Positions 1 through 9,637 of a stretch of 26,806 bases of DNA are shown in pieces (the first letter of the stretch is position 1; the number at the start of each line of letters is the position of its first letter). The notes beneath the pieces were generated by a model. The model searched no databases, had not been told where the DNA came from, and saw nothing but the letters and a program-made list of their open reading frames with translations. Source of the stretch: an uncultured Verrucomicrobiales bacterium (GTDB lineage: Bacteria; Verrucomicrobiota; Verrucomicrobiia; Verrucomicrobiales; DEV007); the NCBI GenBank assembly GCA_938091905.1, contig CALKOM010000010.1, positions 1-26,806 on the forward strand, in the 5' to 3' direction. Position numbers and translations under genes: made by a program.

Positions 1-281
1 CAGACAGGCAAGCGTTAGACAAGAACTAATCAGTAAGCATGAGAGGAAGAGACCCTGGTCTTCGCCAAAGCCAATGCGCTTATCCAGATTCTCTTCCTCC
101 AGCTAGTCCATGAACTGCGTTAGCCCTAATAGACGGTATCGGCAGATAAACTCGCCGTCTCTCTCCCAGGAACGATTGGGACGCCGTAGAATCCTGAACC
201 CTAAAATCCTCTTGTTCTTGTCGCGTGGGGTTACATGCTTCTATCGGAAACACCAGGATACCGGATTGCCCGTGTGAAGCA

Positions 282-1796
282 TTAACGACGGTTCTTAAAT
301 TCCAGGCCCAGAGATATCAACATCATTAATACGACGATCATCATTGGTACTGAAACAACGATCGATGCTGTTTGTAGGGCCACGAGTACCTTAGTTTGAT
401 GATTGAGAGAAAGTAAGGTTAGCGGAAGCACGCCTAAGGCAATGGCCCAGACAACACGATGCCAGCAGGCCGGGTCCCGATCGACGGGGAGTCGTCGGGT
501 CGCTGAAGCTGCCAGTGTGTATGCTGCGGAGTCGTAGGTTGTCGCCGCGAAGGTGACGCAGAGGAGAAGGAACAATGGCAAGATCCATTTCCCCATGGGC
601 AGGGTGATGAGCATCTGAATGATGACGGAATGCTTGTTCTCAGAGAATGTCGAAACGAGTTCCGTTCCCATCTCATGCTCCAGATAGGAGGCGTAACCAC
701 CGAAGACCACAAAGCAAAGAGTACATCCAAGTGTTCCGAATCCTAACACCCCCCAAATAACCTGACCAAGCGTGCGGCCACCGGAAATTTTACAGATGAA
801 CATGCCGACGAAAGGACCAAACGCCAACCACCACGCCCAGTAGAAGACCGTCCAGCTCTCGACAAATTCCTTGTTTGTGCCCGGATAGAAGATGCCGCTC
901 ATCTGCGGGAAATTCGACAGCATGAAACCAACGCTATCAACTCCCTGACGAGCGATCGGTCCTGGGGCCCCAAAGAGAAAGATTAGTCCCAAGAGTAGAA
1001 ACATCAGCACGAGATTGACGTTAGACAAACGCTTGATTCCTTGATCGAGTCCTAACGAAACAGACATTGCAATCAGGAACACGACTAGTGCGATGGCGGC
1101 TAGAGTGAGACCAAATGATGACTCAATGCCAAAGAGACTACCAAAGGCTTCCGTAATCAGTGGGGTCGTAAGCCCGAGGCCTGTACTGGCCGTGCCAACA
1201 AGACCAATCATAAAGAGCGCATTGATCAGTCGCCCGGGCCACCGATGGACGTATCCGCGGAGCAGCGGCGCGCATGATTCGGCGATGCTGGGTGACGGGC
1301 GCTTCGCCACGTGATAGCTATAGCAGAGACACACTGTCGGCACGGCGTAGAAGACCCACCCGAGAATGCCCCAGTGGAACATGCCATAGCTCATTGACCA
1401 CTGCAGCGCCTCAGGCGACTTAGGTTCCAATCCGAGCGGCGGTGCCAGATAGTATTCGATCCATTCGATCGTTCCCCAGTAGAGAAGCGCGGTGCCAATA
1501 CCCGTCGAGAACAGCATCCCGGCCCAACTGAATGTTGAGTAGTGCGGCGCCTGATCAGCATCCCCAAAGCGTATTTTTCGAAAGGGGCTCAGTGCTAAAC
1601 CTAAGAGAATGAGCAATCCCCCCAGCGCACACGCAATGTAGAGCCAGCCTAACCTCTTCGTCAGAAACGAGAACAGCGAATCAATCGCTTGGCTACCCGC
1701 AGCCGGAAAGATCACCAGCAACGCGGCCACCATCAGGACAATTCCGAGAGCAATGATGAAGGTGACCCAATCGATCTCGTGGCGTTCTGACGGCAT
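282..1796 (-). CDS. BCCT-family (betaine/carnitine/choline) secondary transporter
   Basis: 504 aa with about 12 hydrophobic segments. Family motifs: FSWAGMLFSTGIG, MFHWG, GLDQGIKRLSN and WTVFYWAWWLAFGPFVGMFICKISGGRT. Confidence 0.93.
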   Translation of the reverse strand: MPSERHEIDWVTFIIALGIVLMVAALLVIFPAAGSQAIDSLFSFLTKRLGWLYIACALGGLLILLGLALSPFRKIRFGDADQAPHYSTFSWAGMLFSTGIGTALLYWGTIEWIEYYLAPPLGLEPKSPEALQWSMSYGMFHWGILGWVFYAVPTVCLCYSYHVAKRPSPSIAESCAPLLRGYVHRWPGRLINALFMIGLVGTASTGLGLTTPLITEAFGSLFGIESSFGLTLAAIALVVFLIAMSVSLGLDQGIKRLSNVNLVLMFLLLGLIFLFGAPGPIARQGVDSVGFMLSNFPQMSGIFYPGTNKEFVESWTVFYWAWWLAFGPFVGMFICKISGGRTLGQVIWGVLGFGTLGCTLCFVVFGGYASYLEHEMGTELVSTFSENKHSVIIQMLITLPMGKWILPLFLLLCVTFAATTYDSAAYTLAASATRRLPVDRDPACWHRVVWAIALGVLPLTLLSLNHQTKVLVALQTASIVVSVPMMIVVLMMLISLGLEFKNRR

Positions 1797-1913
1797 TTCA
1801 CCTACAGAACAGGGATCGACGCGACTTGACGATCACCATCTTTGTCATTCAAACAAACGCTGCCCTATCTCAAGCCCCTGATCGACGAGAGTAACCCTAT
1901 CCCTTGAAAATCT

Positions 1914-3973
1914 TTATCCAGCTGGAACGAGGCGGGCGACATGATGTGGACCGTCGAGGATGACGTAAAGACAGCCGTCTGGACCAGTCGCAACATCACG
2001 GACACGACCGATATCTTTAAGAATGATCTCCTACTCGGTGATCTTGCCATCGACAATGCGAATGCGGCGGATTTCTTTCGCCTTCAGGGCTCCAACGAAG
2101 AGGTCGTTCTTCTATCCCGGGAACTTATCGCCACTGTAAAAGTCCAAGCCTCAGGTAGCAATGCTAGGTACCCAGTAGGTCATGGGCTGATCCATGCCTT
2201 CTTCGTGCGTCTTAGAATCGGGAGTCATTGGAGTCCCATCGTAGTTCATCCCGTGAGTGATGATCGGCCACCCGTAGTTGTGGCCTTTGAGAATGTGATT
2301 CAACTCATCACCACCACGCGGGCCATGCTCTGTGCTGTAGATCGCGCCATCGCGTGGATCGACTGCGAGTCCCTGAGCGTTGCGATGCCCATAAGACCAG
2401 ATGCCTTTGATCGCACCGGGCGTGTCGACGAACGGATTGTCATCGGGCGTACGGCCATCGTCGTGGAGCCGGAAGATCTTCCCTTTCGGGTTGGTGAGTT
2501 CCTGCACCTGATTCATGCCACCACACTCACCGACGATGAAGTAGATGTAGCCCTGATCAAAAACGATACGCGTGCTAAAGTGATAGGCTTGGTCGCCATA
2601 AAACTTTTTGTCGGCCTTCCAGATCCATTCCTGATCGACCCAAGCATGATCTTTGATGAGACCACGGATAACGGCATTGATCGTGTGTGCCTTGCCTTTC
2701 TTGCTTTCGGCTTTCTCCCACCAGCCATCGGCAAAGCCCAAGTAGATCCAACCATTCTCTTGGTAGTTCGGATGGACGGCGACCTCCATGAGACCGCCCT
2801 GACCGTGTTGAATCACCTCAGGCGTGCCTATGATAGGCTCCGCGTGGAGTTTGCCATCGGCGGTAATGAGACGCAGGGCGCCAGCATGTTCAGTCACAAG
2901 CTTGCGGCCATCTGGCAGAAAGGCGATGGCCCAGCCTTTTCAAGGCCTTCTTCGACTACTCGCTCGATCTTATAACTGGCGCGATCGGTCGTGGTGAACT
3001 TGCCAGGCTCAGGCCTTGGAAATGAGATCCCTTTGTTCAGAGATTCACCCTCTTTCTCTCGCAGAAAGACGACCATGGCGTGAATCTGGTTCTTTGTGAG
3101 AACGTGTTCCCATGGTGTCATCCCAAACTCAAGGTTTCCCTTGGTGATCGTTTGTACGATTTCGGCGTCGGAACTGCCGTGTTTCCAGTCGCCATCGAGA
3201 AACGAGGGAGCCAATCCACCCTCCAACCTCGTTCCGTGACACTGGGCGCAAAGAACTGCGTAAAGCTTCTCAACTTTCATCTTCGCCAGTCGTTCTGGCG
3301 TCAACTCGGCTGGCGGGCGTTCCGTCTCGCCATCAGCTTCAATCAACGTCACGTTATCGATCGAGATCGAAACCACTCCGGTCAGGCCGGTCTTATCACC
3401 ACCGCCGGGCGTCCATTTCTTAAAGATAATGCCAGGGAAATCATCCGTCCCAACAGGAATTTCAACCTCCACATGCTGCCAACCCTCTTTAGTTAGTTTT
3501 GGCCCTTCAAGCCAAGTCTTCTCCCAATCTGGAGTTGCTAACCCAAGGTAGAAGCCAGGATCACCTCCACTGTTGTTGTAATCGCCGAGTCTCACAGTCG
3601 ACTGTTCATTCCACCGAATGTCGAAGGCGAGCTTGGCATAATTATCCGCGCTCTTTATGACGTCTTTGTTCCAATCGTCCTTCCCTCCAAGTGCCATGCC
3701 AATCGCATACTGATTGTCATCGAGATCTTTATCGAACCCAAGAGTGAGCTTGAGCGACCCGGAGTTCGCCTCCCCATCCGCGTCGTCCCCATGCCAAGTG
3801 AAAGTCGTCGAGGCTCCACCCCACATTTTCCAAATGGGAGGAACGGCGCTCTCGTCTTTGAAACCAGTGACGCGAAAATCCTCGGCTCGTACTGCATTGA
3901 CTGTAAGAGTCAGAGCGGCAGTGATGCTGAACCGGAATAGGCAAAGGAATTGAAACGCGAAAAGCCTAATCAT
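1914..3973 (-). pseudogene. Disrupted fusion gene: signal peptide + CBM-like beta-sandwich + class I cytochrome c + PQQ-dependent glucose/sorbosone dehydrogenase (GSDH) propeller
   Basis: Probable ATG at 3973 (MIRLFAFQ...VRA). CAQCH heme motif at 3236-3250. One base is missing at 2934-2935; restoring it joins ...EEGLEK to WAIAFLPDGRKLVTEHAG. GSDH motifs: GQGGLMEVAVHPNY, WSYGHRNAQGL, TEHGPRGGDELN, NYGWP. The same frame continues past TGA 2151-2153, TAG 2112-2114 and TAG 2031-2033 as GLDFYSGDKFPG*KNDLFVGALK...E*EIILKDIGRVRDVATGPDGCLYV to TAA at 1914-1916. Confidence 0.88.
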
Positions 3974-4097
3974 AGGGAAATCAGTTGATTGATAGAGCGC
4001 AAGTTGAACCAACTGAAGAATCCTTGCTTTTCGTTGGACGCCCGGCAGACAAGAATCTGCTGTTAACGTAACTTCACAGTTCAACGCTCCTTTGTCA

Positions 4098-5462
4098 TCA
4101 AGACGGATCGCTCGATTCAATGAGCGCATTCAAATACTCTTCAAGGTTGGTATAGCCATCGCTGTTCCGATCGCCATTGCGGTCTTCTGCATCCATAGGA
4201 TCGAGATTATGATCGCTTTCCCACTGGTCGGGCATGCCGTCGCGATCCTTATCAGCGGGAGCAAGTTTGGACTGCAGCTTCGGCCATCCACCAACGTCCT
4301 TCTGAGAATCAATTCGACGATGGGTGCGATCAAGGACGCCCTGGATCACGCGTTGATCTGCCGCGTCGCGAACGAGGGAGGCACCGGCTTTTTCTAACAC
4401 TTGCGCGTAAGCCTCTTTTGCTGGTTGCGTCGTGGGTCGATCCGTTTGGGCAACGGGCTGGTTCGACAAACAGGACGAATCCTTCGGCACATTCCCAGGA
4501 TAGCCTTCGTCTCTCACTCCCCACTGCATGGCCAAGCGGTTGTCCTTACTCCAAACGTCGTTCCATTCAAAGACCGTGCCGCTCAGGTAGCCGAACGTAG
4601 ACTCATCTACCTTGACTTTTGGCCGAATCGGAAACCGATCTTCTTTAACGTTTGTGTTAGGTCCAGGACGGTAGTAGTTGTTGATGATATTGAACCGACC
4701 AATTCCGAGATTCATCGATCCCTCCCAATTGTAGATGACATTGTTGCGGTAGTCGAACAGCGCTTGGCCGTTTGGATCCCCGCCCAAGGTTGGATGTCGA
4801 TTGCGACTGCTGAACAGCAAGTTGTGGTGCAGCGAAACCTTGCCACTAGTCTTTCGCAGCGACATCAGCATGGCATGCCCACCCTTGTGGTGAGTGCTTT
4901 CGTGGAGGGCTTCGCCAAAGAGCGACCACTGCAAGGTAAAATTCGAAAGGTGCTCGGTGTCCATTGTGCCATCGACACCCCACGTCGCGGTGACGTGATC
5001 GAGGATCACATGCTCTGCACGCGAAATATTGATCGTATCAGCCGAAGTCTTGCTTTCATCGCCCAGGCGAACGCGGATGAACCGAACGATGATATTGGAA
5101 GAATCTTTGATCTGAAAGGTCTGATCCCGCAACGTGATGCCATCGCCCGGTGCGGTTTGCCCAGCGATCGTCAGCCCGTCAATATCTTTCACGACCAGTG
5201 GCTTCTCCAGCTGAATGGTCCCACTTACATCGAAGACGATCGTACGTGGCCTATCTGTATTTTCAAGGCCAGCGCGAAATGAACCTTCACCTTGGTCACC
5301 AAGTTGCGTTACATGATAGACGTCGCCTCCACGACCACCCTTGGCGAATCGCCCATAGCCCTCAGCGCCAGGAAAGGCGAGTTGAGCCGTGTCCGCGAAG
5401 ATGATCTGGCACGATAGAAGAATCCAGAGAGAGGTGCGACTGAGAATACCATTCGGATGCAT
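4098..5462 (-). CDS. Pectate lyase-like beta-helix protein (PL1-like), secreted, with C-terminal Ca-binding DxDxDG (TSP3-like) motifs
   Basis: AFPGAEGYGRFAKGGRGG, RTIVFDVSGTI, TIAGQTAPGDGI, VILDH, NNVIYNW; C-terminal DKDRDGMPDQWE and DRNSDGYTNLEEY. Start placed at ATG 5462 ahead of a hydrophobic leader (ORF is open to 5495). Confidence 0.88.
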   Translation of the reverse strand: MHPNGILSRTSLWILLSCQIIFADTAQLAFPGAEGYGRFAKGGRGGDVYHVTQLGDQGEGSFRAGLENTDRPRTIVFDVSGTIQLEKPLVVKDIDGLTIAGQTAPGDGITLRDQTFQIKDSSNIIVRFIRVRLGDESKTSADTINISRAEHVILDHVTATWGVDGTMDTEHLSNFTLQWSLFGEALHESTHHKGGHAMLMSLRKTSGKVSLHHNLLFSSRNRHPTLGGDPNGQALFDYRNNVIYNWEGSMNLGIGRFNIINNYYRPGPNTNVKEDRFPIRPKVKVDESTFGYLSGTVFEWNDVWSKDNRLAMQWGVRDEGYPGNVPKDSSCLSNQPVAQTDRPTTQPAKEAYAQVLEKAGASLVRDAADQRVIQGVLDRTHRRIDSQKDVGGWPKLQSKLAPADKDRDGMPDQWESDHNLDPMDAEDRNGDRNSDGYTNLEEYLNALIESSDPS

Positions 5463-5604
5463 GGCTTCATCGAAGAGGATATCGACGTCACGCACAATCG
5501 CTAATGGAACGGCAAGTGGATTCGTCGCAACACGTCTCGACGGTTACGATCCACGCCAGCAGCAAAGAGTCCTGTACTGTACTCCACAAGCGAGGTAATT
5601 AACC

Positions 5605-6462
5605 CTACGCTGGCTTAAATGCTGAGATCGAAGTGGTTTGACCAATCTCCCTCCGTAGCACTTCACGGTCATCTTGATAACTCTGTATGCTGCCTTTGGC
5701 GTTCATGTCAGTAACCTGGTCCATGGCTGTTGATAGCTCTCCAGCGTCTACCAGGGACCATGCAGAATCACCATTCCTCCAGTTTGCTCTAAGTGGCCCC
5801 TTTGGATCCAAATAGTCATCGCCCTGCAGAACTTCGCCCTTCATCACTTCCGTTTCTCCGATCTCGAAGCCGGCCTTGGCCATCATCTCTGTCATCGTTT
5901 CAATCTCAGGAAAGCGTTTCCCGAGTTTCTCAATCGCTTTCGGGATGAGCGATGCCCACCAGAACCCGTCCTGCTGTTGCTCCGGGCTCGATGTATTCAA
6001 TACAAAGACGCCGCCCGGCCGAAGGACGCGATAGGCTTCGTTCACAAATTCCTGAATACTGCTAAAACGATTCAGATTTTCATCTGAAGCTAGGTGATGG
6101 ACGACTTGATTGCAGGTCGCCGCATCGAACTCTCCATCTTCACACGGGAGTTCAACCAGGCTTCCTTGCTTCAAGGTGACCCTCGTATCATCTCTAAATT
6201 TCAGTTCGGCCTGATCGAGCATCCCTTGACTGAGATCCACACCAACGACGCTTCGAACCTGATCTCTCAAGGCATCAATATAGGTACCAGTTCCACAACC
6301 AGCATCGAGAAGCGCGTGCTCATCCAATGGACCAACGGAAGTCAGAGCTTCCGTGATGAAGGCTATTCCAACGCTTCTTCGCGTCTCATCATATTGTCCT
6401 GAAGTTGATTTATAGTCTTCGTATTCAGTAGCATGTTGGCTTTGATCGTCATTCATAGTCAT
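5605..6462 (-). CDS. Class I SAM-dependent methyltransferase, substrate unknown
   Basis: Motif I LLDAGCGTG, GVDLSQGML, FDAATCNQVVHHL, EAYRVLRPGG. Start probably ATG 6462 or 6456 rather than TTG 6585. Confidence 0.9.
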   Translation of the reverse strand: MTMNDDQSQHATEYEDYKSTSGQYDETRRSVGIAFITEALTSVGPLDEHALLDAGCGTGTYIDALRDQVRSVVGVDLSQGMLDQAELKFRDDTRVTLKQGSLVELPCEDGEFDAATCNQVVHHLASDENLNRFSSIQEFVNEAYRVLRPGGVFVLNTSSPEQQQDGFWWASLIPKAIEKLGKRFPEIETMTEMMAKAGFEIGETEVMKGEVLQGDDYLDPKGPLRANWRNGDSAWSLVDAGELSTAMDQVTDMNAKGSIQSYQDDREVLRREIGQTTSISAFKPA

Positions 6463-6682
6463 AACACTATCATTGTGAACCTGCGACGAAAGCTCATGGA
6501 ATTGAGTGAAATGAACATGCCGGTTCGTCCACGCGGCACTGGTAGGGACGGGAGTCTCATCGGCATTTTCAACTAAACAATACAAATCGCCACTTTCCGT
6601 TCTGGTCGGATTGAGGACCTATGGCCTAGTGTCGGGATACTCGCGCCCTTTCGGGCAACGCCGAACCTCGACTTCTATCCCT

Positions 6683-8305
6683 ATGAATTCTCTCGCAAAC
6701 CGAATCCTAATTCTAGCGGCTCTCCTCGTTCCAAGCTTCGTGAGCGCTCAAACGGAGCGACCGAACATCGTCTTCCTGTTCAGCGATGACTTAACGACCC
6801 AAGCCATTTCTGCCTACAACTACGGTCTGGATCTCCCTCCAACGCCAAACTTGGATCGTCTGGCCAAGGGTGGGATGCTCTTCGAGAATAGTTTCTGTGG
6901 AAACAGCATCTGCACACCGTCACGAGCGACCGTGATGACCGGATTGCACAGTCACAAGAATGGCATCGTAAATCTCGGCGGAGCCTTGGATCCCAAACGC
7001 CCTTCGTGGCCCAAGAAGCTCAAGCAGAGTGGCTACACCACCGCCGTCTTCGGAAAGTGGCACATGAAGACCAAGCCCAGTGGTTTCGATGCCTGGGAAG
7101 TCTTCAGCGGTCAGGGAAGCTACTACAACCCCGATCTTCACGGTCCCAATGGCAAACGCCGCGTCGAAGGGCACTCGACTGACGTTGTCACTGACATCGG
7201 GTTGGAGTGGCTGGAGGAAGGGCGAGACAAGACCAAACCGTTCGCAGTGATGATCCAGCACAAGGCACCTCATCGGAACTGGAAGCCGAGCATCAAAGAC
7301 CTGGAGCTCTATCAAGACATGACGATGCCCGAGTCCCCTACCCTCTTTGACAACTATGAAGGAAGGGTCGCCGCGTCGAACCACAAGATGGGAATCGATG
7401 GACACATGCGCATGGCATCCGACCTCATGATGTTCAAAGACAATGAGTCCGACAAAGTACTCGGAAGATTCACACCAGAGCAGCGCAAGGCCTACCTCGC
7501 CGTCTTTGAGAAGGAAAACGCCGCCTTCTTAGCAAACCCACCAACAGGCAAGGCTCTCGTTCGTTGGAAGTTCCAGCGTTACATGAAGAACTACCTTCGC
7601 TGCGTGGCTGGCGTGGATCGCAACGTCGGCAGAGTGCTAGATAAACTGGATGCACTCAATCTCGCCGAGAACACCATCGTGGTCTATTGCGCTGACCAAG
7701 GATTCTATCTCGGAGAACATGGCTGGTTCGACAAGCGTTGGGCTTATGAAGAGTCCTTGAAGATGCCGCTCATCGTTCGATGGCCGGGCAAGGTCGCGCC
7801 AGGCACCCGCTGCTCCGCCATGGTTCAGAACATCGACTATGCACCGACCCTCCTTGAAGCCGCAGGCGTGAAGACAGATTGGGACGTGCATGGCATCAGT
7901 CTCATGCCGTTATTGAGCAATGGTGGTATCACGCCGGACGATTGGCGTGAAACGATCTACTATCGCTACATCGATGGCGGACACGGCGTGGCACAGCACA
8001 GCGCCATCCGAACCAACACCCACAAACTCCTCTACTTTGATAAGCCCCGCAACGCAGCCGAAGAGGCGAGCCTTTGGGAACTCTACGATCTTGAAAAGGA
8101 CCCTCAAGAGATGACCAATCTGGCTGGAGATGCCTCACACGCATCCAAGGTCGAGTCGATGAAGAAGCTGTTCGCAGAGACCAAGAAATTCTACGACGAC
8201 ACCGATGAAGAGACCTGGAAGAAACCGAAGCCGCATCAGTTCGACTCGGAAGATTACATCATCCCACGTCGCAAGAAACGCAATCCTAACGCTCGCCGCC
8301 GCTGA
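6683..8305 (+). CDS. Formylglycine-dependent (S1) sulfatase, Cys-type, secreted; resembles N-acetylglucosamine-6-sulfatase-like enzymes
   Basis: Signal peptide MNSLANRILILAALLVPSFVSA, PNIVFLFSDD, signature CTPSRA, GKWH, KAPHRNW, DQGFYLGEHGWFDKR, ELYDLEKDPQE. Confidence 0.93.
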   Translation: MNSLANRILILAALLVPSFVSAQTERPNIVFLFSDDLTTQAISAYNYGLDLPPTPNLDRLAKGGMLFENSFCGNSICTPSRATVMTGLHSHKNGIVNLGGALDPKRPSWPKKLKQSGYTTAVFGKWHMKTKPSGFDAWEVFSGQGSYYNPDLHGPNGKRRVEGHSTDVVTDIGLEWLEEGRDKTKPFAVMIQHKAPHRNWKPSIKDLELYQDMTMPESPTLFDNYEGRVAASNHKMGIDGHMRMASDLMMFKDNESDKVLGRFTPEQRKAYLAVFEKENAAFLANPPTGKALVRWKFQRYMKNYLRCVAGVDRNVGRVLDKLDALNLAENTIVVYCADQGFYLGEHGWFDKRWAYEESLKMPLIVRWPGKVAPGTRCSAMVQNIDYAPTLLEAAGVKTDWDVHGISLMPLLSNGGITPDDWRETIYYRYIDGGHGVAQHSAIRTNTHKLLYFDKPRNAAEEASLWELYDLEKDPQEMTNLAGDASHASKVESMKKLFAETKKFYDDTDEETWKKPKPHQFDSEDYIIPRRKKRNPNARRR

Positions 8306-8356
8306 GCTTCAAGCTTCTCAACTGGCGCTGAAAACAAGAGCTTCGTTAGAAGAGAA

Positions 8357-9637
8357 TCATTCTTCCGCTCGAAACACAATGTTAGCAGCATCTACGGATC
8401 CCTGCCCATCTCCCACGTAGGCAAAGATGCGATACAACCCGGGTTTCTTCGGAGCCCGAAAGGTGACTTCCTCTGACGAAGTTTTCAGAATAAGTTCTTT
8501 GTAAGTAGGCGGCGTTTCTTGAAAGTACCCACCAGTATAGTGGCTTTTCGCATCTTCCATTAAGACCCACTGGACCTTGAGAGGTTGCTTCTCTGGATCA
8601 TGCGCGTCCAACGTTGCTTTCATGGTTGCCCCAACTTTCACCGTACGTCCTGGCACAAGCTTCAAGGAGTCGATTTGCGGGCAGAGATTCGCGGGGGCTC
8701 TACCAAACCACTCTTTCGAGAGCACATCCACCACAGGTGTCTTGCGCCCATCGGCAAGTAGCATCCCGAACCACGTGGGCGTAGCTTCCTGTTTGTGCCC
8801 CCACTTGAAGGCGTAGGATCCCAAGCAAAGTTGCCGATCTGCGCTGACTGCTTGGAAGGATTTCAGATATGTCTCGGCTTTCACACTCCCCAACTCCTCA
8901 TCGACTGATCCTATAGCGTTCTTTGGCAAGTCCCACGGCCCTCGCGGCCCAAACTCCGTTACAATGTAAGGCTTAGCTCCTCCTGCAGCGCGATAGCGCT
9001 TCGGGAGGGACTCGGCCCCGCCATAGGCGTTGATGCCCACGATATCAATATGGTGGCAAAGGTGATGTAGGTTCTTGACCTTCTCACCACCGATTTCAGC
9101 AATCACGGTCATCGTAGGATGGAGCGGATCCTCCCTCTTAACCAGCTTGGCAATGGTCTCGATGTGTTTCCACACCGCTGGGTTGTCTCCCGCTCCTTCC
9201 ATTTCATTTCCGATCCCCCACACTAGCACAGCTGGATGATCCTTGTACTTACGAACGCCCTCCAATGCCAGCCGGATCTGTTCATCGACCTGTTTCTCAT
9301 CGGCGTAATCGAGGTCGTGACGCAGCCAGATTCCAACGGCGACCGTCAAGCCGTTGCGCGCTGCTTCGTCGAGCCTTCCTTCATCAAGCTGATCAATTCC
9401 CCAAGTACGGGTCGAATTCGCTCCTAGCCCTGCCAACACTTCCAATGAGGCCGTGCCGCCAGCGCCCTGAATACGATGGGGTTCACCAGCTCGACTGAGC
9501 GACCATCCATTGCCTGCCTTCAAGAGTTTCACTTCCACAGCCTCATCGGACTGCGCTTTTGTGTCCCAGATGCCTGTTAGGCTTATCAACGCGACGAACG
9601 CGAGCCCGACTAATGACGAAGTGTTCCGAAATTGCAT
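8357..9637 (-). CDS. Clan GH-A TIM-barrel glycoside hydrolase with C-terminal Ig-like domain; probable GH158 endo-beta-1,3-glucanase
   Basis: Signal peptide; GANSTRTWG, WGIGNEME (acid/base NE), GINAYG, YIVTEFGP (nucleophile E), WGHKQEATPTWFG. Size (426 aa), beta-rich C-terminus and linkage to GH149/GH16 fit GH158. Confidence 0.75.
   Translation of the reverse strand: MQFRNTSSLVGLAFVALISLTGIWDTKAQSDEAVEVKLLKAGNGWSLSRAGEPHRIQGAGGTASLEVLAGLGANSTRTWGIDQLDEGRLDEAARNGLTVAVGIWLRHDLDYADEKQVDEQIRLALEGVRKYKDHPAVLVWGIGNEMEGAGDNPAVWKHIETIAKLVKREDPLHPTMTVIAEIGGEKVKNLHHLCHHIDIVGINAYGGAESLPKRYRAAGGAKPYIVTEFGPRGPWDLPKNAIGSVDEELGSVKAETYLKSFQAVSADRQLCLGSYAFKWGHKQEATPTWFGMLLADGRKTPVVDVLSKEWFGRAPANLCPQIDSLKLVPGRTVKVGATMKATLDAHDPEKQPLKVQWVLMEDAKSHYTGGYFQETPPTYKELILKTSSEEVTFRAPKKPGLYRIFAYVGDGQGSVDAANIVFRAEE

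Noticed and set aside
1..281. Possible gene fragment at the left edge
   Set aside because: No long open frame or recognisable motif in the frames I translated; a gene may end at TAG 16-18 on +, but this cannot be supported.
2930..2941. Programmed frameshift between the cytochrome c and GSDH parts
   Set aside because: No canonical slippery heptamer, and the downstream frame has three nonsense codons, so shifting would not give a full enzyme.
1941..2975. 344-aa + strand ORF over the broken dehydrogenase, a possible overprinted gene
   Set aside because: It is codon-registered antisense to the GSDH frame, has no recognisable motifs and ends about 40 nt after the sense frameshift, as expected for a shadow ORF.
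3974..4129. Extended N-terminus of ORF 2894-4129, and similar extensions at 6585, 6611 and 14544
   Set aside because: These use upstream TTG starts, one overlapping a neighbour. Downstream ATGs give proper signal peptides or domain starts.
4401..5282. 293-aa + strand ORF
   Set aside because: Antisense shadow of the pectate lyase gene.
6600..6682. Hairpin GCCC-GAAA-GGGC (minus strand, 6645-6656) upstream of the methyltransferase as a SAM or c-di-GMP riboswitch
   Set aside because: Only a 4-bp stem is visible and the conserved cores of those riboswitches are not. An Rfam cmscan would settle it.
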